DNA of 64,000 bases from the human T2T-CHM13v2.0 reference genome, Homo sapiens, in NCBI RefSeq assembly GCF_009914755.1, contig NC_060930.1; one strand, 5' to 3'. A program made the translations under genes and the position numbers. Position 1 is the stretch's first letter. The number at the start of each line of letters is the position of its first letter. Shown piece after piece: positions 25,524-39,234 of this stretch. The notes under the pieces are model-generated. The model saw nothing but the letters and a program-made list of their open reading frames with translations, did not search any database and was not told the origin of the DNA.

Positions 25524-28500
25524 CCAGAGACTCAGGCAGCCATGAGCAGTGTTTCTGCAGAGGAGAGTGTCCTGAGAAGATTTATGAGGCTATCACGTGC
25601 AGGGTAGATTGAACCAGGAGAATTGTTGGGTGCCAGATGAAATGGCCCAACCATGAATTTACAAGTTGAGTAGGATGGCAGCAATAAGAAATGAAAGAGA
25701 GGCAAAACCACTTTGTACAAAGAGTAAAAGTATCTGGCAGTTCAATAAATATAGGAGATGAAGGAGACAGAAGAGTTAAAAGTGGATCCCAGATCTGAGC
25801 CTGGGTAGGGGGGAGGAAAGCAGTGACTTTGTGATTTAATTTTAGGCAGTTCCCTGCTGCTCTATAATGGAAAGTAGATAAAGATATTCATCAGGAATTG
25901 CAAAACAAATAAGAAAAATTTCTTCCATGTTACTGCAAAGGCAGAGATTCTTTTTAGAAGCAAATATTACCTGCAGGTGGAGGGGAAAGGATGGTGAGTG
26001 GGGGGAGGTGATATATTCCAAATAAGCTTTTTGCTAACTTGAAGGGAAATGGATACATCTGGAAAATTCAAAACTGTTTGCATAAGCGAAGTATGGCTGT
26101 TCAGGCCCTGTTTCTCAAATCCCAGGTGTTACATAAGATAATGTTGCTAAAATGTTTGGGACTTAGGGAGAGAGACTGTATAAACATGTGGTTTTACTAT
26201 AGCTCATAAAAGATGATTGTGTGAAAACCTCAGAAAAATTGAAACTCGGCACAGTATAAATGAATGCCTTCCCTTCTAGTTTTATCGCTGTGTCTCGCTC
26301 AAGGCTTGAAGATGTGATTAGAAATGGGTGTCTAGAGGCCAGACAAGGTACTAGGATTTAGTAAGTTGCCTCCATTTGTCTGTTGTGTTGTTGACTCTGG
26401 AGTGTGGGTTGGATAGAAGGGGTCTATAGATACATGTAGGTGTGTGTTCATGGGTGCTCTGGGCCAGGCATGCAAAGAAAAATAAATGACTGTAAAGTAA
26501 TCAGTAGGGGCATAATGAGTTGGTTGGTGCAGGTAGCTGAGACTCTCTGCAAAAATTCCAGGGGAACTTGACCTCAAAGCATTGCTTCAGCATTTTCCAT
26601 TTTCTCAAGTAAAATAAAATGTGAAATGGACTTGTTTTTAGCAGTAGCATTTTGTTTTTATTTGCCCACAAGGGGACAGAACAACAGTGCCTTTGAAAAG
26701 CCAGCCATGTGTGTAGCCCTGGGGCTTGCTCTCTGGATCATGGGGTGGTGAGAATTGGTGTGCTTCTAGAATACCGGAAAATCTGGCAGAAAGAAAGAAA
26801 GGAGAATGAGAGAGCAGTAAACCCTCCATTTCCAGGAATTCTGAAGAATAACTTCCTGACATTTTATTCCTGGCACTATTCTATGTTGTTTTTTTCTCCA
26901 ACAAGACTCAGCCCACTGAAGTCCACTGGGCATAGGGACACAGGATGGGGTGGGCAGGGTGGGTGGTGGGGGATATGAAGGGAAATGTTTGTAGTGGGTC
27001 ATTTGGGAATCCTTCCTCACCTCAATGAAGAGTCCTACTCCACAAGGCTATGTAGCACAGAAGGAACCAAGGCTTGAGAAGTAGGTGGTCGGCAGTTCAA
27101 ATCCTGGATCTGTCACTTGCTAGATGCCAGGCCTCAGGCTACTTGCTTAATCTCTTAGAAACTTCTTTCATCATCCACACAATGAGGATGCAAAGATTGC
27201 CACGTCTTATTGCCAACAAGAACCAGGGAGCTCTGACCTTACATGCCAGGTCCAGGTTCAACCCTGGTTTTCACTGTGTGGTCTGAGAATGGCTTGTAGG
27301 TATTTGGGGCCTGATTGCTGAAGGCTTGTTTTGGTTTTCATGTATTAGCAGACTGTATGCTGTGTTCTGGGCATGGTGGGGCACAGGGAAGGGAGTCAGT
27401 CATGCAGCCTGCTGGTTGAGAGGTAAAGCATGAGCACAGGTCACTAATAGGGTAAGGTAGAAAGTGAGGCAAGCTCCACAAAGGGCAGATGGTGAGGCTG
27501 AGGCAAGGCTAGGAGGGAGTGTTCATTGGCTTTGGAGATTCTGGTGCCTGCTCCCTGTGTGATCATGAGCAAGTCACATAACCTCTTTGAGCTTGTGTCT
27601 TTTTTTTTGCTGTCTGCAGAATGATGAAAATGGTGATGATGAGGTTACTTGGCAGAGTAAATGAAATAACATGAGAAAAATCATGTAGCAAAGTGCTGAT
27701 CTTTGTCTGATGGTTGTGATTAACAGTTTTGAGTTCGTAAGTTAATTTTCCTTTCTACTCCTTATTTAGCAAATTCTGCAGCTGGAGCCCTGTGATGGGA
27801 AGATAATAGCTATGTGCTCCGGGAGAGCAGGAATGGTGTCTTCTCTTTATGCACTGAGGTCTACCACAGGCTTAGCAGATGAGAGTTGTACTGCCATAGT
27901 GAGTACACAAAAATGAATGGATTTAGTGGACTGGTCAGAGAGTGCACTCCACTTCTCTGTAGGCCAGAAACCAAGAAACCTGTCCTGATCTTTCCTTTGT
28001 GTTCTTAGACTCACTCTCTATCCCTCTCCATTCTGCTCTGCCCTGGAGAGGCTGGCGCTTAGGGGCTACATCAATGGGCTGCCTTGCTCTCAGACTTCAG
28101 TGAATGGGAACTACCAGCAGCAGGTCAAAGAATGAGTGGAAAGTGAAATGGGGTATTTAGTACCTGGATCCCTCTCTGTCGGGTCACTGTGGCTTAGTGG
28201 CTTAAGCTTACCAAAGGCCTCAGCTGTTGTCTGACAGTTTTCCCTAAAGCTGCTGTCTGCAGTTCTCTCCCTTTGCCCCATTAGGCTCAGGTGAGGTAAG
28301 AGCACCCTGCTGTCACTAACTAGCACCATGATACTGCAACGTACTGTAGCCTTGGCCATGTCTTTGCAAATAGTCTCTCCAATGATCTCCCCATTTGAGT
28401 TTACCATCTGTTGATGGCCAGCGACCTTGACTTTTTCAAACTTGTAAGGGAAGTTAGGGAACATAATGAAAAGTGATTTAATGCAGAAAGTAAGGCTATT

Positions 28501-29434
28501 GAGAACACAGCTGAAAGAGCTGGAGTGAAATGGTGCCTGGGAAGATGTTCTTTTAAGGACTTTTCTGAGGGCAACAGTAAGTGAGCATTCTCCATGCAAG
28601 TTGTCAGAAATGAGATCTTGTAGAGTGCGAGGGCAGAATATCTGGAGCCAATCCAAAATGAATTTGCTCCTTCAGGAGCCAGAGAAGTTAGGGAGAAGGG
28701 GCTGGCTTAGACATGAGGGAGAAGGGCTGGAACTAGGAGGTGAGACAGTCCCCAAGCTTGAATATAGAGAATGAAGGCAGATTCAATGGCTCATCTCCTC
28801 TCAGGCAGCTTCTTCATAGCTACCTAGCACCCTGTGAGTTCCTCCAGGATAGGGACAGCATGCATTCTGAAGGGCAGTTGACACACTCTGGAGAGGTTCA
28901 CACGAGGGAAATAGAGGAAAAGGAGCCCAAGGTCTTTGGAAGACAACCTGATTTCCAGAGGAAAGATGCAGGAAGAAACCTGGAAAGGGACATCAAGCAT
29001 TTTCTTGAAGGGAAATGGGGTTCTCTGGGTCTTTGGTCTACCAAGCGGTTTGCGGCCAAATTGAGGAACACATCCCCAGTAGTGGGGTTGCCTGGGATTA
29101 GGAGAAAGCGTATACATGGGCGAGGGGGGTAGGGAACATGTCAGACCCAGAACTCAATGGCTCTATTTTCAGGCAAGTTAACTGAGTGGCCCAGTTTCCA
29201 TGGAGAACCCAAGTCATTTTATTGGAGACATATTACTTAATTGTCCCCACTTTAGCCATGACTTTAGGCTCCCTTGTCACACACCACACAAGACCCATAC
29301 TCCCCTTTCATGATATTGAGCACACCGATGAGTATGTGTTCAAATCTGCCTTCTCACCTAGGCTCTGTGCTCCACAGAGACGGTGTCTGTCTGGCCTCAC
29401 TACAAAATCCCCCACATTCAACATCTTCCCCTGT

Positions 29435-29830
29435 CCTCAGGGAGCCCTACTATGAGGGGGAGCCTCAGTCTGAGGGGAGACATAGCCCCACTCTCAGGGA
29501 GCCCCAGTCTGAGGGAGACACAGCCCCGTCCTCAGGGAACCCCAGTCTGAGGAGAGACGCAGCCCCACCCTCAGGGAGCCCCAGTCTGAGGGAGACACAG
29601 CCCCAACCACAGGGAGCCCTGGTCTGAGGGAAGGCACAGCCCCATCCTCAGGGAGCCCCAGTCTGAAGGGAGACACAGCCCCATCCTCAGGGAACCCCAG
29701 TGTGAGGAAGATGCAGCCGTATCCTCAGGGAACCCCAGTCTGTGGGGAGATGCAACCTCTTCCTCAGGGAGCTCTGGTCTGAGGGAAGGCACAGCCCCAT
29801 CCTCAGGGAGCCCCAGTCTGATTTGGGAGA
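29435..29830. repeat. Minisatellite, ~10 units of 38-39 bp
   Basis: Consensus CCTCAGGGAGCCCCAGTCTGAGGGAGACACAGCCCCAT; the CTCAGGGA core recurs every 38-39 bp from 29493 to 29802. Confidence 0.95.
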
Positions 29831-31205
29831 TGAAACCTGCATTGGAGAAAGTCTGATTTTGTATAGGGAGTGTTGCAAACAATCATTCTTGATGCCAAGC
29901 CTAGAAGTGCTGAGAAAGGGATTTATCAATGCCCCAAGTCTTGATTTGTGCATTGTGGAGTCAAAGGTTGCTGGGAGCCACATGAAGCTGATAGAGAGGG
30001 CAGGTTCTGCTCTCAGGCAGCCCATCAGCCTAAGTGGCTCACAGATGCTCTGCTCATAGGCTGATCATTTTGTATGGTCAGTTTGCAACATAGGCTTGCA
30101 GGATATTGCCAAGTATGTCTGCTTCTCTATTTATTATGCTTAAGTTGTATGAAACAAGCCAAGGGCTAAAGATCAAATGGTCAGTGCCCAGCTGACCCTG
30201 GAGGGATGAAGGTGTGGAGAGGGATCATGGTCTCTTAATGTGAGGGGGAAGATGCAGGCCAGCATGCCTGGGGCACAGGTCAGGGATTCGGTGCTGAGAG
30301 TGGGCAGTCTTGTTTCTGCAGGCTGCTAGAAATGTCTGTGGGGTGGAACAATCTGGCAGCCGTGTGAAGGCCGTCCTGGAGAAGGACAGGAGAAAGGGTG
30401 CAGAAGAGACCCACAGCCTGACATTTGGAGTCTCATTGCCATGTATATCCAGCATACACGTGTATAAATCAATCCATACATTACACAGCACAGCACCTAG
30501 CCTCTCCCTGGCATCCAGCACCTTCCACTTATAAGAAATAGGGCAAAGGATGACACCAGTCTTGGGGGCAATTTGTTGGGGAGGCAATGGGAGATGGACT
30601 ACTGAAGCATCAGGGTCTGCCCAGATCTACTGAGTCAGCCTAGCCCTTGTGGAGGGGCTGGGGCCAGACCAGGGTACATCTGTAATTCCTGAGTTCTGCT
30701 ATAAGAATGAGCCACCTCCCTCGTTCAATCAGACCCCTCCCTTCCTTCCTCCCTCCCTCCTACGGAGAAGCCTCAGAGGGGTTCAGGCCCTTGGGCTAAG
30801 GTTGAGTGTGTCTCATTTATCTTTGTAGCTTCCTCTCCCCACTGAAGCATGGTGCCTAATAAACACTTCAGGGATTCCCTGGAGAGCCAAGGAGGCCAGA
30901 CCTGCCCTAAGAGAACCTTCTTTCTGACTGGGGACAGAGCTTTCTCTTTGTCTGGGAGGGGAACTGGCCTAGAGAGACAAGAAGGATTGGGCTTCTTGAA
31001 GCCCTTCTCTGAACATAAAGGTATAATCAAGGGGCTTGTTTTCTTGCTTTGCCACTGGGTCCTGGCATCATTAAACATTCTCATCAATCTTCTAGATTCT
31101 CTATGATCTGGAAGAGAAGGTGATAGCCCCTGCTGGCTGCTGACACAACCCTGTCAGTAAGTGAACTGCTAAGCCTGTGGGAGTTGGTTAAAGAATAAAG
31201 TTCCT

Positions 31206-31500
31206 GGCTGGGTGCGTTGGCTCATGCCTGTAATCCCAGCACTTTGGGAGGCCAAGGCAGGCAGATCACGAGGTCGGGAGATCGAGACCATACTGGCTAA
31301 CATGGTGAAACCCCATCTCTACTAAAACTACAAAAAAATTAGCCATGCATGGTGGCATGCACCTGTAGTCCCAGCTACTCAGGAGGCTGAGGCAGGAGAA
31401 TCGCTTGAAGCCAGAAGGTGGAGGTTGCAGTGAGCCGAGATCACACCACTGTGCTCCAGCCTGGTAGGAATCGAAACTCTGTCTCAAAATAAAATAAAAT
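31206..31500 (+). mobile_element. AluS (Sc-like)
   Basis: Full dimer with an (AAAAT)n tail and a degenerate TSD AATAAAGTTCCT/AATAAACTTCCC. Confidence 0.95.
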
Positions 31501-31929
31501 AAACTTCCCCCAGGCTGGGGAAGAGCTTATGTGGGGAGAAGCAGAAATCAAGTGGAGGTAAAACTTGGTGAATAATTTCTTGAGCTCCCAGCCTGCATCT
31601 AGGAGATGGTCTGTCTAGGAGGCCTGGGACCACACCGAAAGGACACTGGAATTCCAGCCTCCTTTCCCTGCTACAAAGTCAGGGATTTGTAGGGAGATTC
31701 TGGAAAGTGATAGAAGTTTTGGGTTCTAATCATAGTTCTTGAACAAATTGCTTAAGGTCAAGTGATTTTAGACTTTCTTGACTTTTGAGATGATCTGGAC
31801 CAAACCCTTCTGGGACAGGTGGGGAAACTGACAGGTCAAATAGTTTCTCCAAGATCACATGGACTGTTAGTGGCAAAAGAGAAAACAGGGCTCCTGATGC
31901 ATCATCTACTACCTGAGACATCACCTTTC

Positions 31930-32290
31930 TGGGTCTCAGCTTGGGTCCTGGGAACAGATTCTAGGGTACAGGCTAGTGGGTAGGAGGTTTAACTGGGAGT
32001 TCTCTCAGCAGAAACACCTGGGGAAGGGAAAGGATGGAAGCACAGTTGGGCAGAGGGGAAGTTGGGCTGCCATGCAGTATCAATGGAAGCCACAGCCAGC
32101 CCTGTGGGAAGATGCAGAGCTAGGATTGGTCTGCATCTATCTGTCACTGGATGTGTGCTGCTCTGGGAAGGGTGTACCCTTGGGGAAGGCACTCTTTTCA
32201 GCTGAGGCAATCCTCAAGGGGCTGGCAGGTAGGGAGATGAATTCTTCCTTCCTTCCTGAAGGGGACCTAGGGGACTCATCACAGAACCAC
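31930..32290 (-). mobile_element. LTR16/LTR33-like ERVL LTR
   Basis: GGGTCCTGGGAACAGATTCT...GGAGGTTTAACTGGGAGTTCTCTC...GGGCAGAGGGGAAGTTGGGCTG. Confidence 0.55.
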
Positions 32291-35119
32291 CACATTGGTA
32301 GAAAGGGGAGCGCCACCTGCCTGGCTTGCATGACTTACATAGGTAATGTGAGAATTAAATCCAATCTCATACACAAATGCACTTCAAAATAGAAAGCAAT
32401 GTAGAAAACTGAGGAGGTCTGACTACAGCTGGCCTGCTGTGTGCAGCTCTGGCTTGGATATTGACAAACACAGGAAGCAGTGAGAGGAGCTCCCTTTGCC
32501 CCTGTGTGTGTCTGTGGGGCCCTCAGAAGGGAGGCATGTGGTGTGCAGGTGCCATATTTCTCTTGGCCCAGTTGTCATATCCCCTGGTAGAACACCTCCC
32601 CCTTGGCATTAAGGTCTCTAAGCCAGCAAAGCCCAGCACCCTATGAAAGAAAGAACACGTTTCGGGCCTGGGTCTCATGCTAGTGAGATTGGCCCTCCCT
32701 GTCTCCTCCTTGCTTTCCTACACCCCTCTATCTGGAAGAGGGAGAAATAGCCTTATAGACTTTGAGGTGAGATTCTATAATATTTGCAAAATAACCCCCC
32801 AATGGCTTGATCAGTGAGGTGAAGTGGAAAGACTGCAGGCTTTGGACTCAGGCGTATAATTGTCTAATCCTGCGCCAATACCTACTGGCTGTGTGGCCCT
32901 GGCAACTTCTCTGAAACTCAGTTTCCTTGTTTGAAAAATGAGAATAATAGAATTAAAGGACCAAACTTATATAAAATGCCTATGACTATGCCAGGCATGT
33001 AGAAAATCCTGAATCCCTTCCCTCTCTCTTTGCTTCTGTCCTCTGGGAGATAGCAGGACAACCCCCTAGGGGACAGGACTGGGGGAACCATCTCCCCTCC
33101 CTCCACTGTTCCTTGAAGAGAGCACCCCTGCCATCCTCCCACTACATCAAATGCTGGAAGGCAGTGGCAGCTGGGCACCTAACAGAGGGAGACGGTGCAG
33201 AGCTGATGGCCAGGGAGGGAGCTACCAGAGGGAATGAGTGTTCTCGGGGGAGACTGGGGGAAACAGAAGTACTTCGAGACCATCCATGCCACTGGAGAAG
33301 GCTCGGAGGCAGCGGCTGTGCTGTGTGAAATGAACGATTCACTCAAGAGGAAACATGATTTCTCTCTCGTTTGTGGAGCTAGTCAGGTAAGGGCTGGTTG
33401 ATTGAAATCTTGAGCGATTAAGTAAATGGAGAGGAGCTTTGAGATCGAATCTGTGTTTCCTTCCCCAAGGATCCCTGTGCTTCCCTGGAACTCCTAGCCC
33501 CCAGCTCCCAGAGCATTTGTTCACCCGCTGTCAAAGGTGTGTTCTCCTCGGCCTGGGCCACTGGACTGGGAGTGGGGAGGGCTGGGTGCAAAGGGACAAT
33601 GAAGGAAGAACTCCATTTCTTATAACAGAGTCTCAAGCTGCCAGCAGCCCCTGAAACACAGGCTTTAAGTAAGATCTAAAAGGTGGACCTTATTAAGGAC
33701 TGGATAAGGTGGCTTGGGGCCAGACAGGAAATTGGAATTGAGCACTGATGGGAAAACCTATTATTAATACTTTGTTGCTTAGGGAGTGCTACCATTACGG
33801 AACACACAGGGCAGAGGCAGGGAGAGGGCATGGAGAAAACTCGTCATGATTTTCACCTCTTAACAGAGGAATGGAGCTCCCAGCTGACTGACAACCCAGC
33901 CTCGCCCCATCTCCCAGGGGAGGATTCCTGGCCCAGGTGGTTGAGGTGTGGAGGACACGGCAAGTATGTATTTAAGTACCCACAGAGAGATGGGTGTGTC
34001 CAGCTCTGAAGGGGACCCTAGCATAGGATGGCTAAGCAGAGGGTACTGGCAGCAACCTCAAAAGCACATTAGAAGATTAAGCTCAAAGAAAAAAGACCTA
34101 ATATTTTAAAGAGGAAAAAAAATTAAATTTGATGAAATAATAGAAACACTTTCCAGCTAAATGCCCAATTTTCCAACTTTAGGAGCAAGGCTATGTGGGG
34201 GTGGAGTGGGGGAAGGGTCGCACTTATTCCTGGTGAATGAAACTCTTAACAGTGGTCTGAGCCCCACAGAGGAGTGTAAGGGATATTTTAGCATTGGCAA
34301 AGTCTTTACAGATGCCATTTAAGTACCATCTGCAATGCTGCTTCCTCGTCAAGACTTGTAAGCGTGTCCTTCCCCAGCTGGAGATTTTCTCTCCACCTTC
34401 TGTGTTTAAGCTCCCCCAGCACTGCTTTCACCTCTGTGCAGTGTGAATTTCTTGTTCCCTTGGTAATTGTTCTCCTGTCTGGTTCCCTCCCTCCACTGTA
34501 AGCTCCGCAAGTGCAGGGATCAGGCCTTATCTAGTTCCTTCTCCAGTACAGCATCTGGCAGATTCCACTGAAATGAATGGAGTCCTCTGCAGAAAACGGC
34601 TATCCCAAGCCTGTGTATGTAATACACTGCGCCTGTATGGACAGGCCGAGCACTGCTGGTGCCCCTATACCTGCCACTTTCTGCAGTGGTGAGGGGATGT
34701 GGCTGGTAGCAACTCACAGCTGCCCCTTCTCAGGAGAATTGTCCCCAGACAAAAGGGGGCCTCTACTGGGAGATGGACCAGGAGGGAGGGCTTGGCCAGA
34801 AGAGGATCTCTCTCCTCCCCACCTCCTCAGACCTCAGCCAAGGACAAGCTGACACAGGGGGCAGAGCAGGCTGGCCTCCTGGCCTCAAGGTGGGCCCCTC
34901 TGAGGCTGAAGTGAGTCTCTACCAGACACACCATGCTGGCTTTGCTCTTTACCCCGTGCTCCCTCTTGCATTCCCCATTCCTCCCCTAAGACCACATCCC
35001 CAGCAAACCACTTGAACAGTATCCACCTCAGGCTCTGCTTCTTAGGAACCACTGTGAGGGAGGTGCTGGCAGGTATGTGGGCACCATCAAAACTGATGTG
35101 ATGTGGCAGTCTCAGATGG

Positions 35120-35620
35120 GGATTCAAGTGCTTAGTGGGTTAATGGAAAGTGATCCCAGGAAGCTCCAGGAGGGAGTGGGGAAGAGAGGAAGTGAGGCAG
35201 GGAGGGGAGAAAGGCAGCCAGGAGCACACTAATGAGCGCGCTACCCCTGTGGGCAATGGGCACTCAGTCCTGCTGGGGCCCTTCTGAGACGCGGTGAGGA
35301 ACACACCTCAGAATTGTCTCCTGAGGAGTCTGCGGGATATTTTAGCAGCGGTAAAGTCCTTAAAGTTGATGTTTAAGTACCATCTGGAATGCTGCTTCCT
35401 TATCCAGAGGGGCAAGAAGCTATGGTATTTATCAACTCCTGTCCATTGTTAGTTGAGGGCCACTGAGGGGACATTAACTCCTAACACTTCTGACCTGCCT
35501 GACTCCAGCAAGGAGACCACACTCCAGGGCAGAGAGATGCAGAAAGCCCTGGGTGGCCAGGGAGCTGTTTATGGGTGATCTCTCGGGTAGGCCAAGAGGG
35601 TATGCTTACGCACTGACAGA
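35120..35620 (-). mobile_element. LTR33/LTR16-like ERVL LTR carrying a locally copied insert (86-bp match at 35323-35408)
   Basis: GTGATCCCAGGAAGC...CTCAGAATTGTCTCCTGAGG [insert] GGGGCAAGAAGCTATGGTATTTATC. Confidence 0.6.
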
Positions 35621-36944
35621 ACAACCAAATCAAAACTAAACCAGAAAACACTGGTTACATTTCCACCTGGCTGTCTGCAGGAACATCATACTTAACATGA
35701 CCCCGAAGTGAACCTGCAACTTTCCTCCCCATCTGCCCCCAAATCTGCCCCTTCTTCTGCCCCATTCCCTACACTCATCTTTCAAATAACTGTTTAACCC
35801 ATTGACCCAAGGCAGATGCCTCAGCATTGGTTTAACTTCCTAACTGATCCCTCTTTCCCCCAGAGCCATCAAGTACTTTGTTCCACCTTTCATCTTCTTC
35901 TATGATTATTATTTATGTTCATTAGAAAGCAAGTCGCCACCCTTTATGGTTGAGCATGCATGGGAAGTCTCACCATCTTTCATGCCTGATTGGCTATGGT
36001 TTGTCCTCCAACAGACCCTCCCTGGTATGTATTGTTCTTTTGTTTTATTTCTAGGAAGGTCTCTACTCCTTCCCTGACAAGCCAGATACTTGCCAAGAAA
36101 ACAGCCTACCCTGGAAGCTGATCTGCCACCCCGCTCATTGAGAGGAGATGGTGACCAGGGTCCATCTTTTAGTCAGATTCTTGAATCTCCACCCTGAGCA
36201 ATCATTTCTTGGAGAAACAAAATCCCCTCACCCTGAGAGGTGGAGGTTTTTGTTCAGTACATCAACTCTTGTCTTCTTTTTGAGGCTCTGTGGGAGAAAT
36301 GTCTCTATTTCCAGAGCCAATACTCACCATGTTCCTCCCAAGCAGCTGGAGTGCTTTTATCTTACAGGCTCTGTGAATCAAGTGTTGGATTGAGCCTCCT
36401 GTTTTGTACTGACTGTTAGAAAGTCAACAGCTGAATTCATGGCCCACCTCTAGCAAGCATAAGGATCTGACTATCCCAGTGTGAACTTCCTCTTTTTTGT
36501 TGGTATGTTTTGTTACCTGTCTTTTGTTGCTAAGCATATGGAACAATTTTATTGTGTATATTAAGTTGTACAATATGATGTTATGGGATACATGCAGATA
36601 GTAAAAAAAAGTTACTTAAGCGAGGCAAATTAACATATCTATCATGTTACATACTCTTTTTTCGTTTTGTGGCAAGAGCAGCTAAAATCTACTCATTTAG
36701 CATAAATATTGAATACAGTACAATTTTATTACCTACAAACATCATGTTGTACATTAGAGCTCTAGACTGGTTCACCCTGCATTTCTGCTGCTGTGTATCC
36801 TCTCATCTACATCTCCTTATTTCCTCCCCGTGCCACTTTCCGGTCCCTGGTAATCACAGTTTTGTTTTTGTATCTCAGTATATTTGCTTTTATTTTTTAA
36901 GTTTCCACATATAAGTGAGATGATAGATCATGCAGTATTTTATT

Positions 36945-37266
36945 TTCTGGTTTATTTTTATTTATTTATTTATTTATTTTGAGATGGAGTTTCATTCTGT
37001 TGCCTAGGCTGGAGTGCAGTGGCGTGATCTCCGCTCACTGCAAACTCTGTCTCCTGGGTTCAAACGATTCTCCTGCCTCAGCCTTCCTAGCAGCTGTGAT
37101 TAGAGGTGTGCACCACCACGCCCCAGCTAATTTTTTTGTATTTTTAGTGGAGACCAGGTTTCATCATGTTGGTCAGGCTGGTCTCAAACTCCTGACCTCA
37201 AATGATCTACCCTCCTTGGCCTTCCAAAGTGCTGAGATTACAGGTGTGAGCCACCACGCCCAGTGC
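36945..37266 (-). mobile_element. AluS (Sx/Sz-like)
   Basis: Dimer with a (TTTA)n tail and TSD CATGCAGTATTTTA/CATGCAATATTTTA. Confidence 0.95.
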
Positions 37267-38850
37267 CATGCAATATTTTACTTTCTATGTCTAACTTATT
37301 TCATATAGCACAATGTCCTCCAGGCTCACTATATTGTGACAAATGGTAAGATCTTATTCGTTTTTTAGAGATGAATAATAACTCATTACACACACACACA
37401 CAGTTTCTTTATCTATTTGTTCACTGACAGACACATAGGTTATTTCCCTTATCTTGGCTATTGTGAATAACGCTGCAGTGAACATGAAAGTACAGATATC
37501 TTCACAAGGTGGTGATTTCATTTCCTTTGGGCATATGCCCAGAAGAGGTATCACTGGGTCATGTAGTAGTACTATTTTAATTTCTTTAGGAACCTCCATG
37601 CTGTTTTCCATAATGGCTGTATCAATCTACATTTCCACCAACATTGTACAAGGGTTCCCTTTTCTTTATATTCTTGCAAACATTGTTGTCTTTTCACTTT
37701 TTGATGATAGCTATCCTAACAGATGTGAGGGAGTATCTTCTGTGATTTTGATTTGCATTTTTCTGATGATTAATGATGTTGGGAACCTATTCATATACTT
37801 GTTAGCCATCTTTATATATTCTTTGTGAATTATCTATTCAGATTCTTTGCCTATTTTTTAAGTCAGGTTATTTGTTTTTCTATTATTGAGTTGTACGACT
37901 TCTTTATACATTTTGGATATTAACCCCTTATCAGATATATGATTTACAAGTATTCTCCCAATTAATAGGCTGCGTTTTCTTTTGGTTAATTGTTTCCTTT
38001 GTTGTGCAGAAGACTTTTAGTTTGATATGGCTTTACTTATTTTTGCTTTTGTGGCTTGTGCTTTTGTAGTGATATCCAAAAAATAATTGCCAAGGCCAAT
38101 ATCCAGGAGCTTTTCCTTTATGTTTTCTTCTAGGAGTTTTATAGTTTCTGTTCTTACATTTAGGTCTTTTATTGATTTTGAGTTGATTTTGTTTATGGTG
38201 TAAGATGAGAGTTCAACTACATTCTTTTGGATGTGCAAATCTAGTTTTCCCAGCACCATTTATTGAAGAAACTATTATTTCCCCATTGTGTCCTCTTGGT
38301 GGCCTTGTCAAAAATTAATTGACTGTATTTGTTTGAATTTATTTCTGTGCTCTCTGCCCTGTTCCATTAGTCGATGTGTCTGTTTTTATACCAGTACCAT
38401 ACTGTTTTGATTACTATACTTCTGTAATATAATTTTAAATCTGGAAGTTTGATGCCTCCAACTTTGTTTTTCTTTCTCATTGTTGTTTTGGCTTTTCAGG
38501 GTCTTTAATGTTTCCATAATGTTTTGTCTATTTCTGTGAAATATGTCATTGCACCTTTGATAGAGATTGCATTGAATCTGGATATTGCTTTGGGTAGTAT
38601 GGACATTTTAACAATCTTCTTCTTCCAATCCATGAGAACAGGGTATCTTTCTACTGATATTTATGTCTTCTTCAATTTCCTTTACCAGTGTTTTACAGTT
38701 TTCTGTGTACAGATCTTTTACCTCTTTGGTTAAATGTATTACTGAGTATTCTTTGATACTATCGTATTATAAATGGGATTATTTTCTTGATTTCTTTTAC
38801 AGTTAGGTTATTTCTATATAAAATGCTACTGATTTTTGTATGTTGATTTT

Positions 38851-39234
38851 TGATATGGTTTGATATTTGTCCTTTCCAAATTTCATGTTGAAATGTGATC
38901 CTCAATGTTGGAGGTGGGCCCTGGCGGGAGGTGTTTGGGTCATGGAAGCCAATTCCTCATGAATGACTTGGTGCTCTGCCTGTGGTAATGAGTTCATGCA
39001 AGAGCTGCTTGTTTAAAGAACCTGGCACCTCCCGCATCTCTCTTGCTCTCTCTCACCGTGTGATACTCACTCCTCCCTTGCCTTATGTCATGATTGTAAG
39101 CTTCCTGAGGCCCTTACCAAGAGCAGATGTTGATGCCATGCTTGAACAGCCTGCATAATGAGCCAAATAAACCTCTTTTCTTAATTACCCAGCCTCAGAT
39201 ATCCCTTTATAGCAATGCAAACCAGACTAACACA
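38851..39234 (+). mobile_element. MSTB-like MaLR solo LTR
   Basis: TGATATGGTTTG...GACTAACACA with 5-bp TSD ATTTT, inside L1 ORF2. Confidence 0.9.

Noticed and set aside
28111-28656. 181-aa minus-strand ORF
   Set aside because: It has a non-ATG start and no motif, and it partly overlaps LTR-like sequence.
29435-29830. CRISPR-like array with palindromic repeats
   Set aside because: Units are contiguous with no unique spacers, there are no cas genes, and the context is mammalian. It is a minisatellite.
31206-37266. Inverted Alu pair as a dsRNA source
   Set aside because: The two are over 5 kb apart and diverged; this is commonplace and there is no evidence of co-transcription.
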